64,000 bases of DNA from Mytilus californianus (lineage: Eukaryota), in contig NW_026262679.1 of NCBI RefSeq assembly GCF_021869535.1, positions 39,494,001-39,558,000 on the forward strand, read 5' to 3'. Made by a program: the position numbers and the translations under genes. The stretch's first letter is position 1; each line of letters opens with the position of its first letter. The notes under the pieces were generated by a model that was given only the letters and a program-made list of their open reading frames with translations, was not told the DNA's origin and made no database searches. Below, piece by piece: positions 1-13,419 of this stretch.

Positions 1-122
1 GCTTTACACAGTGTACACCAATGAGTAAGTATAAAACAGATTTTGCAATAATTTAAACACGATGCAATAATATATTCTGGATTGTTCTCCTTATTTGGAT
101 ATTCACATGACTTTCATTACAG

Positions 123-477
123 GTTTGAAGTACATTTTTCTGAAATGGAACAGGAAAACCCCAGAAACAAGACAAAAGTAACAGTAAGAAGAAGAGGTCA
201 GTTTGAAATTACAAGTTATACCATAATGGTAAACGATTAATGGTTTATATATCACCTAGTCTGTCATTTTAATGAGGCAAGAAAATAACTTTTTTCCATG
301 ATAAATTTTATTTATTATTATCTTTATATTCTAATTGAAAGTAATGAAGATGATTGTTCATTTGTATGATCAGACAATTTAACACTTTTCACATAAAGAA
401 TGTCACAATAAATCTACAAATAATCAATGTCTAAACCATAAAATATCTGAATGAATGCTATGTTTATTTCAGATTAA
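123..477 (+). CDS. 3' end (last two coding exons, C-terminal half of the WWE domain) of a tandem paralog of the vWA-MIB/HERC2-WWE gene; the rest lies upstream of the window
   Basis: Exon 123-196 (tacag|G TTT GAA...AGA G|gtcagt) encodes FEVHFSEMEQENPRNKTKVTVRRR. Terminal exon 473-477 gives D-stop (GAT TAA). Near-identical to exons 47040-47113 and 47367-47371 (GAC TGA), with splice sites intact. Confidence 0.85.
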
Positions 478-935
478 TGATAGCTGATGGAAATTTTCAG
501 TGTTGACACTAGTCTTTTGGATAAAGACAACCTAGAGGCAGTTAATCTTGGAACTTTAGTGTTTATCGTATCTGTCTCGTCCATGTGTCTGTTCTTTGGG
601 CAAACAAAATATACTAACATGAAGATCACCTCACTCAATTCAATAATATCAGCACAGTGGGATTAATTAAGGAAGAGCCAAAAAAAGTGTGTTTAAACAA
701 TTTTGACCAACGATATATCAGTTTGATACATATAGTTCAAACCACCTTATCCTCTTTCATCAGAATTATTAAGTCATTAAAAATTTTTTTAAAAAGAAAC
801 AGATACTATAGTAAAATGAAAGTGTTGACCAGGTCTAGTGATATATCCGACTTTCTGATACCCAATACTTTGGCCATATATTTAACAAGGTCTGTTTTGG
901 CTTCTCCGTCCACTGCTGGGGCAGATATTTGAACG

Positions 936-1117
936 CAGGGTCGGATCCAGGATTTAAGGTTAGGGGGGCGCAAACTTAAATTTTCGCGGAGTGGAGCAAT
1001 GTTAAAATTTCTTTGAGGTAAAATTAACGAAATATTCTTTATTAAACTGATGACAACACATGCCCTGCAAATTTTAGGGTGTCGCACGCCCGCCACGCTC
1101 CAGCCTGAATCCCCCCG
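936..1117. mobile_element. MITE with CAGGG(T/G)CGGATCCAGG-type TIRs inserted in pseudogene exon 3
   Basis: Left end CAGGGTCGGATCCAGG and degenerate right end CCTGAATCCCCCCG, flanked by a GAACG direct repeat (931-935, 1118-1122). Absent from the paralogous exon 48992-49119. Confidence 0.8.
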
Positions 1118-1278
1118 GAACGCCTACACCGTCGTCTTCATAACCTTCAAAATAGCATGTCATGTTAATGTAAGTTAGTTCTTAACTATCAGTAACGGCG
1201 TCCTTTAACTTGGTTTTCTGAAACACAGTAACTAATTTTGCATGATACGGAATTAATTTCTTGGTATAAATAGGTTTT

Positions 1279-1570
1279 AAAACATGTTTATCCCCGCCTC
1301 ATTTTTGCGCCTATCCCAAGTCAGAAGCCTTTGGCCTTTGTTAGTCTTGTATGATTTTTAATTTTAGTTTCTTTTATATATTTCGGAGTTTAGTATGACG
1401 TCCATTATTACTGAACTAGTACATATTTTTGTTTATGGGCCAGCTGTAGCCTCGGGGTGCGGGATTTTCTCGCTGTATTGAAGACCCATTGGTGGCCTTC
1501 GGCTGTTTTCTGCTCTTTGGTCGGGTTGTTGTCTCTTTGACACATTCCCCATTTCCATACTCAATTTTAT
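1279..1570 (+). mobile_element. 3'-terminal fragment of the Naiad-B-type PLE family
   Basis: Matches the 3' end of the element at 28490-28780 (…gacacattccccatttcc…ctcaattttat). Absent at the paralogous site near 49250. Confidence 0.75.
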
Positions 1571-2686
1571 TTGAATCAGGTAAGTTTAGTGAAATTTGAT
1601 TAAGAAAAGAAAAATAAATTATGTTTACCTGTGATAAAATTGTCTTTAGCACCAGGTTTGGCTAAAATTTTGATTGATACAGATTTGCCAGGCTTCATAA
1701 TCACAGGCCCTTCGTCTGTAGGTTGTACATCTGCTTTCTGAAATGAAATGTCAAGCACATATAAAAAAAACATTAGAAATGTACAAACAAATGCCTGAAT
1801 TCCAACAAAAATCTATTTACAAAAAGTCATGTACTTTAAATAAGAAAAAATAAGTATTTGATATTATGTGCCATTAGAAAAGAGACATGAAACTGATACA
1901 AGGGAAATATTACAGTGTAAAATATTTATTGCTTTAGATTGCTTTAGAGCATCTTTTTGTATTCTAACTTATACATACATTATCAATTGTTTCATATTGT
2001 TGCTGCTGTACACCTTTATACAAATACATGCAGCATATTTATGTTTTGAATAAGGCGATGGCAATGTAATTATGATACAATGTGATGAAAGAAACTATTT
2101 GATACAATCCAATAGTAAATAAAATGTGTTTAAATGAAACGGTTTATTACGTGTAGTTGCTAATTTATACATTTTTATTTGAATATCGTTGTTTTGCGTG
2201 TGAAAATTTTATGCTTAGCACATGTTTTATTAGGAAACTCGATAGGAAGTATAACGAGTGTAAGCATGCCTTTGAAAATAATATATCCTTTCTCGGCTTA
2301 TTCCTACTGTATGAATACGTGATGGTCTATTGAACGTTACTGGTTATACTTGTTCTATCGATTCTACGTGGAGCAATAGAACACCAGATAATTACGTAAA
2401 ACTTAAACTCGTTCGGCAATGCGATATCATGAGAAGGGATTCTAAAGCACAATAAAGCAATGTCTAGTCACTTATAGATAATGAATTTTCTGACTGTAAA
2501 AAAAACCCACCGCAAACGAATATGTAGACGATCTACAAAACGGAAAAAAGACAAATGTTATCTTTATATCATTGAATAACGAAAACATCAAATTCCTCAT
2601 TCACAATTCACAATTCACAACATTTAATAGTTATATTTCCCAAATACACCAAGAAGCCGCTAGCATTTTGTGTCAATTCGTTCCAT

Positions 2687-3031
2687 GGGAGACCGCATCA
2701 GTTGTGTCGTGATAGCGTGCTTGCCTCGAATGCGAAAGGTCGTGTGTTCAAACCCCGGCCTGGTAAAATCAGGAAATTGATAGTTGCTGCTTCTCTGCCA
2801 AACACGAAGCATTAAGAAGTAGAGACAAAGACTAGTCTGCTCAAAGTCAAATAATGTGTCTGGGTAGGTTGGCGTGTTTTCTTGTGGACAGTTACCTGTG
2901 AATAAGCACGTTTAAAATCCGCTTTAGCTAGTATCGGTACATAGCAGGATTCATATCAATTTATAACATTCGTGTTCTAATATCTTACTTGCCACTGGGC
3001 AATAAACACCAATCTATCCATTCATCCATTT
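2687..3031 (+). mobile_element. tRNA-derived SINE, degraded
   Basis: Degenerate A/B boxes (GTGTTCAAACCC), a body shared with 21044-21382 (TTGCTGCTTCTC…GCATTAAG…CAAAGACT) and an (ATCC)n-like tail. The 3' part is also seen at ~50560-50800. Confidence 0.7.
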
Positions 3032-3409
3032 ATTCAAATAGTTAAAATGATGCACATGAAATAGTTTATTTTCTATTTTTGATTGTTTCCCATGGCGGCG
3101 TATTCACAAAATCGATGTATGAAAAAAAGGGTATGTGAGGTAAGCGCATATGAGACAATATTTAACCAAACAACCAATAAAGATAAAAATAGACATATAG
3201 CTATATGGCATTCATTGACGAACACGACGCAGATTCCATATGAAAAGCTCTTTTTCTTGAGAATGCTATTAGCCTCGAGGTATCGTGATGGTTTCGATTC
3301 ATGCTTGTGTCAAACCAAACAACTTCAACCTGGTATTTGTTACGTCTGTGCAAATCAAACGGCATTTAGAAATGAAATGAAATTCGTCCTAAATGATATA
3401 GTAGAATTA

Positions 3410-3750
3410 TAAAATAAGTAGATGTGGAATGATTGCCAAAGAGACTGCTATTCACCAGAGATCAAATGACGTAGATGATAGTAACTATAGGTCAACGTAC
3501 GACCTTCAACAATGAGCTAAACTCGCATATCAAGCTATAAAAAGCCCGACATAACAAAATGTAAAACATTTCAAATGAGAAAACCAACGACCTGATTTAT
3601 CTACAAAACAACACTTACAAAATAAAATTTGATTTACAGTTACAAACGACAACCACTGAATTACACACTCCTGACACATACAGAATGCGGCGGGGTTAAA
3701 CATGTAAGCGGGTGCCCAACCCTCCCCTAAACCTTTGGCACTGGTTCAAA
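3410..3750 (-). repeat. Dispersed high-copy repeat equivalent to the 3' end of Naiad-A-type PLEs
   Basis: …AGATGTGG(A/T)ATGATTGCCAA…GAGAC… core shared with 9830-10240, 37700-37860, 40240-40540, 48470-48620, 49790-49920 and 51250-51570. Confidence 0.7.
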
Positions 3751-5039
3751 AGAACAACATAAGATCAAACTGTACAATACAAAAAACGAAATCCCATATT
3801 ATGACAAATAGCATAGAAAGATTTCCCATGCATTGGATTCAGTTGAGACGGTCAAGTAATTGATACAAATTCCATGATCTGAACCGAAAATCTTGAACAT
3901 TTTGAACTTTTGGTCTCGAGCATATCGGGTTAAGGTTATGCTAGAAACGAATGTCGTGGGCCCTGAAATGTTTATGCTTAATCGCAAAGCACAAATAGTC
4001 AGCTACCGGCCTGAGTCACTCACAAAACTCCTGATCTTTGGCAGATATATACGAACACGTTCAATTTTATAGCGTTTATTACATTTTTTTACAATTTTAC
4101 ATTTATTATTTAATGTTTATCCCCAAAACGTACAAAATTATAAGAAAAAATGCATTTAAAGGGTGTGTTAAATAAGAATCTAAACCGTGTAATTTGCGGA
4201 ACCTTATTTTTTGTGAGTTGTATGCAAACAAATCATTTTTGGGTTTAATTCATTGATTGAACAAAGCAGGTGTCTTAAGAAGTGGTAGTAAAATGTCTTT
4301 CGACAGTTCAAATAATTTTTTGCAGTGAGGGCTCTTTATATGACATGATACGATATATGCCGCGTACAACATGCCAATGCAGAGTATTCTGAAGGCGATT
4401 TTAATGATGAATTAACTAGACTTGTAATGATTTTCTACCTTTTCAAATGCTTTTCCTTTCTTTGACTTGTCTGTTTACATCGGCATGCACAATGTGATAC
4501 AGTTGTTACTCGAAAGATTGATTTGTGTAAAGATTGCATATACATTTGTACTTTCACTTTCCTTTTTAATCAATATAGGTCACATTAATCTGGTTCAATC
4601 TCTGACGGTATGTAAAATTTAAAACAGTACAAGTAGAAAAAACGGTAAAACTTATTACCGAAAAGCAAAACTTCGAAAAGTATAAAACTACTTGCAAATT
4701 TAAAGTAATAAAGTAAAACAAAAATACTGAACTCCAAGGCAAATTCGAAAAGGGGAAAATCCATTATGACTTACAAAATCAAACGCTATCTATGAACGGA
4801 ACAAGTGAAAAACAATTGGCATATTCCTGACTTGGTACAGGCATTTTCCGAAGAATATTTATGAAAATTATGCAAATTTAAAGTAATAACTGTGTTAAGT
4901 TTACTTCAATTCTTTTTAATTGAGTTAAATAGTGCAACATGGATATGAAAAATTCTCAATTGTGAAACTAAAAGCATCTCTTTTGTCGTACACTTTTGTT
5001 CTAAACTGACCCTCATTGTCAATATTTAGGTGTAAGTCA

Positions 5040-8000
5040 AGATATGAAGCACAGCACACTTAACTGTATCTGTTGTATCCTATATTTAAAACATTGTTGT
5101 GACGTCATTCTTGTGTTGTCCCCGTTCTTTGGTTTAGTGATTGGACTATCATTTACCTGAAAGAAACCATCATGTTACCTTTAACTGTCCAATATTTTAA
5201 AGAATAATTTCTTCTTAAAGATATTGGATAGCTGAAGGTAGCATGATTGTTCTTACAAGTAAATGATAATTCAAGGACTGAAAAAAACCATCAATTCACA
5301 CAATTTTTTTCTTTATTTTGAAAACAATTTACAACGAAAGGGCAAATGACAATTACACAAAAATATTTTTTTATTAAGGTCACCTTCAAATACAATAATT
5401 TCGTCACTCATTAAGACAGTCTTGAAAAAAACTTTCAAATTGATTTTTACACTAACAGGGTCAATACTTATTTCACAGCCATTCATGTTTTTAGTTTTCC
5501 CCTGTAGCACCAATTTAGTTTACAATGTACGTTGTAAGTTTTGTTTTTGGTGTTTTAAGGTATTTCTTTTTGCATAAGATTTTGACATCTTCGTCCGTCT
5601 TTGGCTATAAAAATCGTCCTCTGTGTTGTTCTCATTCTTCCTAACATTTTTTTCAGCTACAATGAAAATGAAAAAAATCAAATAATGCTTCTAACGCTTG
5701 ATAGATCATGCTGCAATACAAGGACCACAAGTAAAATAATTTTATTATCATAATTAGGAGAAAATCGTTTAATATCTGAAATAGATGTTTACTAAGTCTT
5801 TATGTGCAAGCCCCAGATTGTTCCTTGGACAAAATATCTAATAAAGAATTTGATTAACAACCTTAAAACCTCACCCTGTGTTCAAAAGTGCAAATCGAGA
5901 ATTTGCCTCATGAACTAGGGGGTTACAACAGTTTTTTATAATTTTCAGGTGTCGGCGTTGATTTGCAAGTTCATTGTTAAAAAAAGTCTGATATTTTTGC
6001 CTGTAGAGGAATATATTGCAAAATTTCGCTTGACGATGAATATAAGAAACAGAAAAGTGGAACATGTTACCGCAGGTTTAAGAAATCAATCGTGTGTCCG
6101 ATTCGCACTTTATTCTTAGTGATCTTTTTTTTTCTTTTTTTCTTTTTTTTTACTGAAACCGATGAAGTCTCTTGAATTGAGACAAATGAGGTGCTAGATT
6201 TAATCATATGTTTGTTAAATAAGTTTTTAGATAGTTTGTAATTGTGTTATCTAAATTTGAACATAAAAACCTGTCCTGCTTTGCATTGATTGAAAAGGGG
6301 GGAGTTATTAATACAGGTATTTTTACTACATGTATATATATAACGTCAAAATACAAATTAAATGTGTTTCTTTCCAATGTATTTATGAACAGGTTCAAAC
6401 ACTTCATTTTAGTTTAGATCTCAAAAGTGAAATTGATTGAATATAATGATTATACATTAAGCACAGAAATAAGGATGTGCACTAACAATGCTTTGTTTTG
6501 AAAGAGAAAAAGAAAGCATTATTTGCAAAGAGAAATCGAGAGACAAAAACATATTTAGGTACATGAAAAAACCACATTGGACAGCAATACGCAAATAAAT
6601 AAAAACAAGAGCGACACGAACATTGCAGAAAAACCGGGAAAAAGGAGACGGGAGGTATTCAAAAGGTCCTGTTTTGGTAAACAATAACTGTCACTTACAA
6701 GACAACCGCCGAGTCAAGGTCAATTTCGGTGGACAAGGAAGGAAAGAAGGGACCTCCGTCATACGGAGAAATTATGAATACATTTTTTTTATCTCCGGAT
6801 ATTTCATGGCGATGAATTTAGATATTATAACTATATCAATTCATTTTTACAAATAAAAGATATAATATTTGGATCATAATTCTCTTAACAATCATTAAAA
6901 TAATATAAGAGGGGAAAATTCCCATGAGCAACAAATGAATTTAAATTGCTTACACGCTTGTTATCTCTTCATTTGTGCCCATTCATTATATTTTATAGTG
7001 TTGTATTTGAAATAAAATCGACTGTGGTGCACTCGATATGGTGTAACCTTTTTCTGGAACGTGAGCCGGTCTTCAAGCTTCATGTGTTTTTCATTTTTTT
7101 CTCTCATTCAACTAATAAGAAATAAAACCCCTGAAGGAATAGGGAAGTAATAGGAGAGGACTACATTTTAAAATATATACAAAACTTGCTATTATAAGCT
7201 GATATAGCTATATCCTCCTAGTTGTCTGTACTGAAATCGGTTATATCTGAATACACATTTGATTTTAATCCAAAGTTTAAAACAACACAATCACTATTCC
7301 ACCATCTTCTTGTCGGAAAGAATTTTGCATTTAGAATATACTTTCATCGTCTTTGTTCATTTTGAGACACCAGATGCATGTGAAGGTATTCACGGAAAAT
7401 ACATAATGTAGTCCCAGCGCACGCAAAAAGCATGATACAGATGTACTGTGTCTAAATGTAGCTATACATATAGTTTACCTTCAACTGTACTTTATTTTTT
7501 CTATCGTTTAAGTTGAGCACCTGTTTAAAGAGGCCAACATGTAGGATAAAATGAATAAAGTTTATTCAAAATAATTAACACACTAGATGAAAAAAGTATT
7601 ATTAGTAACAAAAGTTTGTATTTGTTTGCTTTTTCACCTTCTTTGACAAGTTTTACAATGTTTTAAGTAAGATATAAGCCTCTAACAGTGCATTCTGTAA
7701 GATATTGAACAGGTCTTCGGCCAGCGTTTATTGTTGTATCCGTTCTTTATTTCAGTGATTGGACTATCATTTACCTGTAAAAAAAAAACATGATGTTACC
7801 TTTAATTGTCCAATATTTTTAAGAATAACACTCCTCTGTCTTAAAAATATCGGACAGCTGGAGGTAGCATAAGTGATTCTTACAGGTAAATGATAGTTCA
7901 AGAACTTAAAAAATCCATCAATTCACACAATTTGTTTCTTCATTTTGAAAAATATTAACAACGAAAGAACAAATGATAATAACACTAAAAACCTTTTTTA

Positions 8001-9143
8001 TTAAGATCACTTCCCAATACAATAATTTCGTCACTCATCAAGACTGTTTCTTAAAAAAAAACACTTTTAAATTGATTTTTACATCCAGCGTCAATACTTG
8101 TTTCACAGCCATTTTTCTCAAATTTTGGGTTGTCTCCTTTATGGCCAATTTGGTTGACAATACTCGGTTGATAGATCATGCCGCAAAAAGGAACACATTA
8201 CCGCCGATTCTCACTTTGTTCAAAGTGATCGGTTTTTTCTAAAAAACCGATGTAGTCTCTTGAAATTAAATAAACGTAGGTGCTAGATTTAATCATATGT
8301 TTGTTAAATAAGCTTTTAGACAGGTTTGTAATTGTATTATATAAATTTGAACATAAAACCCAATCCTGCATTGGATTGAGTGAAAAGGAGGAGTTATTAA
8401 TAAAGGTATTTTTACTATATATATAACGTCAAAATACGAATTACATTTGTTTCTTTCTTATGTATTTATGAACAGTATCAAACACTTAAAATCCCAAAAG
8501 TAAAATTGATTGAATACAATAAATATACATTAAGCACAAAAACAAGGATATGTACACTTACAATGCTTTGTTTTGAAAGAAAAGAAAAAAAGACAAGCGT
8601 TGTTTGCAAAGAAAAATCGAGCGACAAAATACATTTCGGAAACATGAAATAAAAAACAACAAAAAGGGACAGCAATACGCAATAAACTAAAAACACGAAC
8701 CTTGCAGGAAAAAAAAACGGAAAGGGGGGTCGGGGGTATTCAGGTGGTCCGGATTGGATAAACAATAACTGTCTTTCTCTTGTAAGACAACCACCGAGTC
8801 AAGGTCAATTTCTGTGAACGAGGAAGGAAAGAGGGGCCTTCGTCATACGAGAAAAATTATGAATCAGTATTTTTTTCATGCATAATAGGTGAATACGTCT
8901 GATCGGTATTTTGATCTCCGGATATTTCATGCCAATGAATTTAGATATTATAACTATATTAGTTCATTTTTGCAAGTAAAAGAAATAGTATTTGGATCAT
9001 AATTGCTTTCACGCTTGTAACTCTTCATGTGTGTGCTCATTCATCATATTTAATAGTGTTGGATTTGAAATAAAATCGACTGCGGTGCACTCGATATGGT
9101 TGAACCTTTTTCTGCAACGTGAAGCTGCCTTCAAGCTTCATGT

Positions 9144-9178
<35 letters not shown>

Positions 9179-9330
9179 CTCATTCGCCTTATGAGAAATA
9201 AAACCCTAGAAGGAATAAGGATGTAATAGGAGAGAACTACCTGCTGCAACTAAATTCTCCTCGTTGTCCGCACTTCAATCGGATATATTTGAAGGCTTAT
9301 ATCCTTTACTTCAAGTTCGATGGGATAGAT
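5040..9330. repeat. Diverged local tandem duplication, units ~5040-7350 and ~7480-9330
   Basis: Colinear blocks: 5100-5500 with 7740-8130, 6060-6860 with 8200-8990, and 6860-7260 with 8990-9300. No counterpart in the 47-57 kb paralogous block. Confidence 0.75.
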
Positions 9331-9590
9331 GCTTTCAATATAGTCACCAAACTATGAATTATTTAGTGAGAGGTAATCATCTACGTGAAGTTAAAGGATA
9401 ATGCTTGCTCCTTTTCGTATTTCCTTAGAATCTCCTGTATGAATTCTGCCTCATATGAATAAAGGAACAAGCCGGAAAGAACAGGAGCACAGATGGTTCC
9501 CATGAGAATGCCGATTGTTTGTTGACAAACTCGTCCTCCAAACGTTACAAATATGTTGTCAATCGAGACAGCAAGCATCTTGATAATATA
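9290..9590 (-). mobile_element. Penelope-like RT fragment (third PLE family)
   Basis: ORF 9381-9578: IDNIFVTFGGRVCQQTIGILMGTICAPVLSGLFL…SFNFT, a degraded PLE RT IGIPMGTNCAP core, followed by a degraded YIDD-like motif. Confidence 0.8.
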
Positions 9591-9829
9591 AAAATAAGGA
9601 TATGTGGTATGATTGCCAATGAGACATTATGTCATGTCATGTAATGCTCTAAATCGAGACAGAAAGAGGTTGTTACCACACTTTTGTACTTTTTGTCCAA
9701 ATATATATCGATTTCAATAATTAATGAGCTCGAGTAACTATATTGTTCTTGAAAAACTATGTAGATTTATAAAAATTATAAATGTGAGGGTCACTCCTAC
9801 TGGTTAGTTTGTAATTCAATACTTTATAT

Positions 9830-12735
9830 AGAAATAAGAAGATGCGGTATCAGTGCCAATGAGACAACTCTCCATCCAAGTCAAAATTTATAAAAGTAAA
9901 CCTTTACAGTTCAAAGTACGGTCTTCAACACCGAGCCTTGGCTCACACCGAACAGTAAGCTATAAAGGGCCCCAAAAATTACTAGTGTAAAACCATTCAA
10001 ACGGGAAAACCAACGGTCTAATCTATATAAAAAACGAGAAACGAGAAACACTTATGAACCACATCAACAAACGACAACTATTGAACATCAGATTCCTGAC
10101 TTAGGTCAGGTGCAAACAAATGCAGCGGGTTTAAACGTTTAAATTGTACCAAACCTTCACCCTTTTTCTGAAACAATATGTTAACATCACAACATAGAAA
10201 GACACACTATAAAATATCAACTGAAATAGCTTAACTCAATCAAAGGACATATTAACACCAGTGAACATACACTGAACAAATAAATTTGACCTATGATACA
10301 ATGTAAATACAAAATAAATAAACTAAGGGAAGAATAATAAAAGTAACATGTTATACCGGTATGAAATGTTAAACAATTTAAGAAAAACAATATGCTCGAA
10401 CAAAAATATCAGCCATTTGCAATTAGTTTAAACACAGGTAAATGAAAATAGTTTTGTTGTAAGGTATACGTGTACAGTTCCAATATAGAAAGGAAATATT
10501 TTTACAAAATAAATAATTTTGATGTTCATAGTACGAAGTGAAAATTTATAGTAATACTAAACACTTATCAAAGCTGGTATATAGACCAGATATAACCCTG
10601 AATAACATTAAATAACAGAAAAGCATAACAATTAGTATCAACAGGTCAAATAAACAAGAAAGTACGATTTGAGAGTACTCGCAGTTACTGACAGCTAGTT
10701 AAAAGCCAAAACAATTAATAATAAAAAATCATGCATCAGAGACTAAAATCAACTAAAACACATCCCAGGGATTTAGTATATTAACGTCATAGATAGTCAA
10801 AGAAGACATGACTAGTGCAATGCCAAAAATAAATGTATCGACAGACAGTAGGATAGTAGGAGTTTAACCTCTTTATAGATCAAAATGAACGTGGGTGTGT
10901 CTTTATACATCCCGTTTGAAAAGAATACAAATTTAGTTATGTTTTCATTTGCTGATGACAAAATCGATATAAGGGCCAATGTAAACTATATTCAAAGATC
11001 TAATTACAACATTGGTAAGATAACCTTTACTAATAAGTTTGTTTAAAGGTTCGATGAGTTAACACGGATCACATAGTGATTTCCGCGCTTTAAGTACAAT
11101 ATTACCGTAAAATTTAGGATGTGAAATACCGTTTTTAATCAGTTTTCTACAGATACAGCCAAATTTACTAATCAAATCTTTGTATCTATGAAAGAACTTG
11201 GTAAAAGTTTTACGTAATTTATGGTAAAGAAATCCCTGACTTAATAATTTACCAGTGATGCATTGATTACGTTCGTTAAAATGTATGACATCACTACACA
11301 CAAGGGCATAACGAACGAGTTGGGATATATAAACACCGTATGATGGAGCCAAAGGAATATCGCCGTCTAAAAAAGGAAAATTAACAATAGGGAATGAAAA
11401 TTCGTCTCTTATGTCGTAAATTTTCGTATGGAGTTTTCCTTTAGAGATTGAAATGTCCAAATCTAGAAAAGGACAACTACTGCTGTTTATGTTAGATTTA
11501 GTTAAAGTAAGTTCTATTGGGCAAAATTTCGGTAGTATATTTAGAGAACTCTGGATTATTTAACGAAAAAATATCATCTAGAGAACGGACGGTATTGTTG
11601 AATGTATCAACCAAATGTAACAATGACGTGTCTTTACTGAGTTTGGTCATAAACTGAGATTCATAGCAATACAGGAATAAATTTGCTATTAAAGGGGTGC
11701 AGTTAGTGCCCATAGGAATACCTACTACTTGTCGATACACTTTATCGCCGAAACGTACATATATGTTGTCCAGGAGAAAATTTAAAGCTTCAATCATATC
11801 TTCACATTTCCAGTAAGTGTATCTAGCATACTTTCCCTTTTCGTTACAGAAAAAGGCTTTAAACGAGTTACAGCAAATAAATTTGTAATGAGATTTTTCA
11901 AAAGACCATTTATTAAATATGAAAACTTTTTCTTGATAAGATTGTGTGGAAGTGTAGTATAGAGTAGAAAAATCATAACTGTCAACAGAATTAAAAGGAC
12001 CATCAAAAGCATGTATTTTATTTAAAACCTATAAAGAATTTTTAACACTTCAAAAATAATTAATACCATTATTTTCATAAGCTTTATTACAAAAGTTAAT
12101 AACAGGTTGTTTGGAAGTAGTAAGGGAGGTAGTTAGAAGCACTGATAGATTGGTAGTAGAACGCTTACTAGATGCGGAGATGAAACGGAATTTAAATGGT
12201 TTTTTGTGCAATTAAGGTAACCAGTACATAATAGGGACTTTCAAATGTTCGGAAGAGGCTTTAAGCTGGGTAGTGGCAGTGATATGCTTGTTTACAATTT
12301 GACTCTCTGTGGAGCGTACGGACTTGAATGTAGATGAATTTGTAATTTCGTTTTGGAGAACTTCCGTGTAGTATATGCGTCACACCACCACTACATTATT
12401 TTCTGCTTTGTCTGCCGGTACGAACACAAACCGCTTTGCGAGTACTTGGAGTTTATTTTTTATTCTTGAAATGGGAATATCATGGACCCTATTACTAATT
12501 TCAGAATCGTTTTCAAAATGAGATATACGAATATTAACAGTATTCATAATTTTATTCAAATAACTGTCTAGAGATTTTTTATCAGATTTTTCACGTTTAC
12601 ACCAATTTTTACAGTAGACAGACAGAGCGTCTTTAATGACCTGACGACACTGTTTCCAATCTATTTTAGATGGAGGACGATATTTCGGTCCTTTCTTAAG
12701 AAAAGTTATGACCTCACGGTCTTCGACGATTTGAG
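9830..12735 (-). mobile_element. Naiad-type Penelope-like retroelement A; 5'-truncated and decayed; candidate selenoprotein ORF
   Basis: RT pieces KGPKYRPP…FVFVPADKAENNVVVV*RIYY…MYWLP*LHKKP…RQVVGIPMGTNCTP…SLDDIFSLNN…FPFLDGDIPLAPSYGVYISQLVRYA. Native stop at ~10933-10935, then a 3' UTR running to ~9830. Contains several stops and frameshifts. Confidence 0.9.
10741..10798 (-). promoter_or_regulatory. SECIS element (type II) in the 3' UTR of Naiad A
   Basis: Minus strand reads GACUA-ucu-AUGAC-GUUAAUAUACU-AAA-UCC cug GGA-UGUGUUUUAGU-UGAU-uu-UAGUC. This gives helix I, a UGAC/UGAU quartet, an ~10-bp helix II, an unpaired AAA and an apical mini-stem (folded by hand). Confidence 0.8.
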
Positions 12736-12779
12736 GTCTCCTGTTATGTTTGTATTGTTAACGTGTACTTTAATATTTA

Positions 12780-12958
12780 ATGTAATTGTTTATATATATA
12801 TATATTTATATTCAAATCAGCACAATAATGTTAGATCTGCAAATTTGCGAAAGCAAATTTTTGTTCTTCCCTCGCCCGGATCCGAACCCATCCTATTGGG
12901 ATATCGAGACAACACCGCCTGCACTGTGTCCAGATCTCTAGACCACTCGGCCACCTAG
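12780..12958 (-). mobile_element. tRNA-derived SINE head
   Basis: Minus strand has A box TGGCCGAGTGG and B box GGTTCGGATCC (12878-12888). No tRNA cloverleaf 3' half; the sequence continues as SINE body. Confidence 0.75.
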
Positions 12959-13419
12959 ACTGAACTAAAAACTCAGCTTTCGGTGGCTTAGTGTTACCTT
13001 TTCCCGTCAGTGGAATCTAGAGTTGTAACACAATACATGATATATTAGGCATGAAGATGGAATTGATTGCAGATTAGCTAAATTATCTATCGTAAAGGAT
13101 AGTAAGTACGTCTAAACAAGTGACAACTCTACGATATATATATTCTCTGTAACTATGTAATTTGTAGTTAATGAGAAACAAAGTTCATACAGACACATAT
13201 CCACCAAAGTTCAAATGAAGTGGATGTAAGCAATTATGTCCTTTTATACAAGGTTTTGTTTGATTCAGAGTATTTTTACAAACTAGTCGATTTATCCCTC
13301 ACAAAAACAAGATATTTTTATCTAAGTATTCTTTCCATTAATTATTCTCTCCGTTTTTTGGATATTTCTTCATTTTTACAATTGTGAGTCTATCAATTAA
13401 AATCCGAGAAGAAAATATT

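Larger units (their letters stand above)
830..4468 (-). pseudogene. C15orf40: Pseudogenised duplicate of the UPF0235/C15orf40 homolog
   Basis: Exon-1 homolog 4439-4468 has lost its ATG (cagacaATGCCG became cagacaAGTCA). Exon 2 (1629-1737) is intact. Exon 3 (830-1144) is split by a 182-bp MITE and its APPVDGEAN motif reads APAVDGEAK. The last exon is absent because of a ~1.3 kb deletion near 657 relative to 47552-48830. Confidence 0.9.

Noticed and set aside
1416-1652. Most short ORFs in the supplied track (e.g. 1416-1652, 6457-6856, 8478-8765, 19013-19507, 53127-53696, 57350-57645)
   Set aside because: They are low-complexity frames in repeats, or antisense and alternative frames of TE sequence, with no recognisable motifs or splice support.
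12050-12052. Additional in-frame TGA codons in Naiad A (12050-12052 and 10945-10947) as Sec sites
   Set aside because: They align to Trp (YFWSVKNS, TGG in copy B) and Leu rather than Cys, and are not shared with copy B, so ordinary decay is more likely.
12878-12958. tRNA genes at 12878-12958, 21044-21100 and 2687-2760
   Set aside because: Only A/B boxes are present, with no complete cloverleaf, and each continues into a SINE body.
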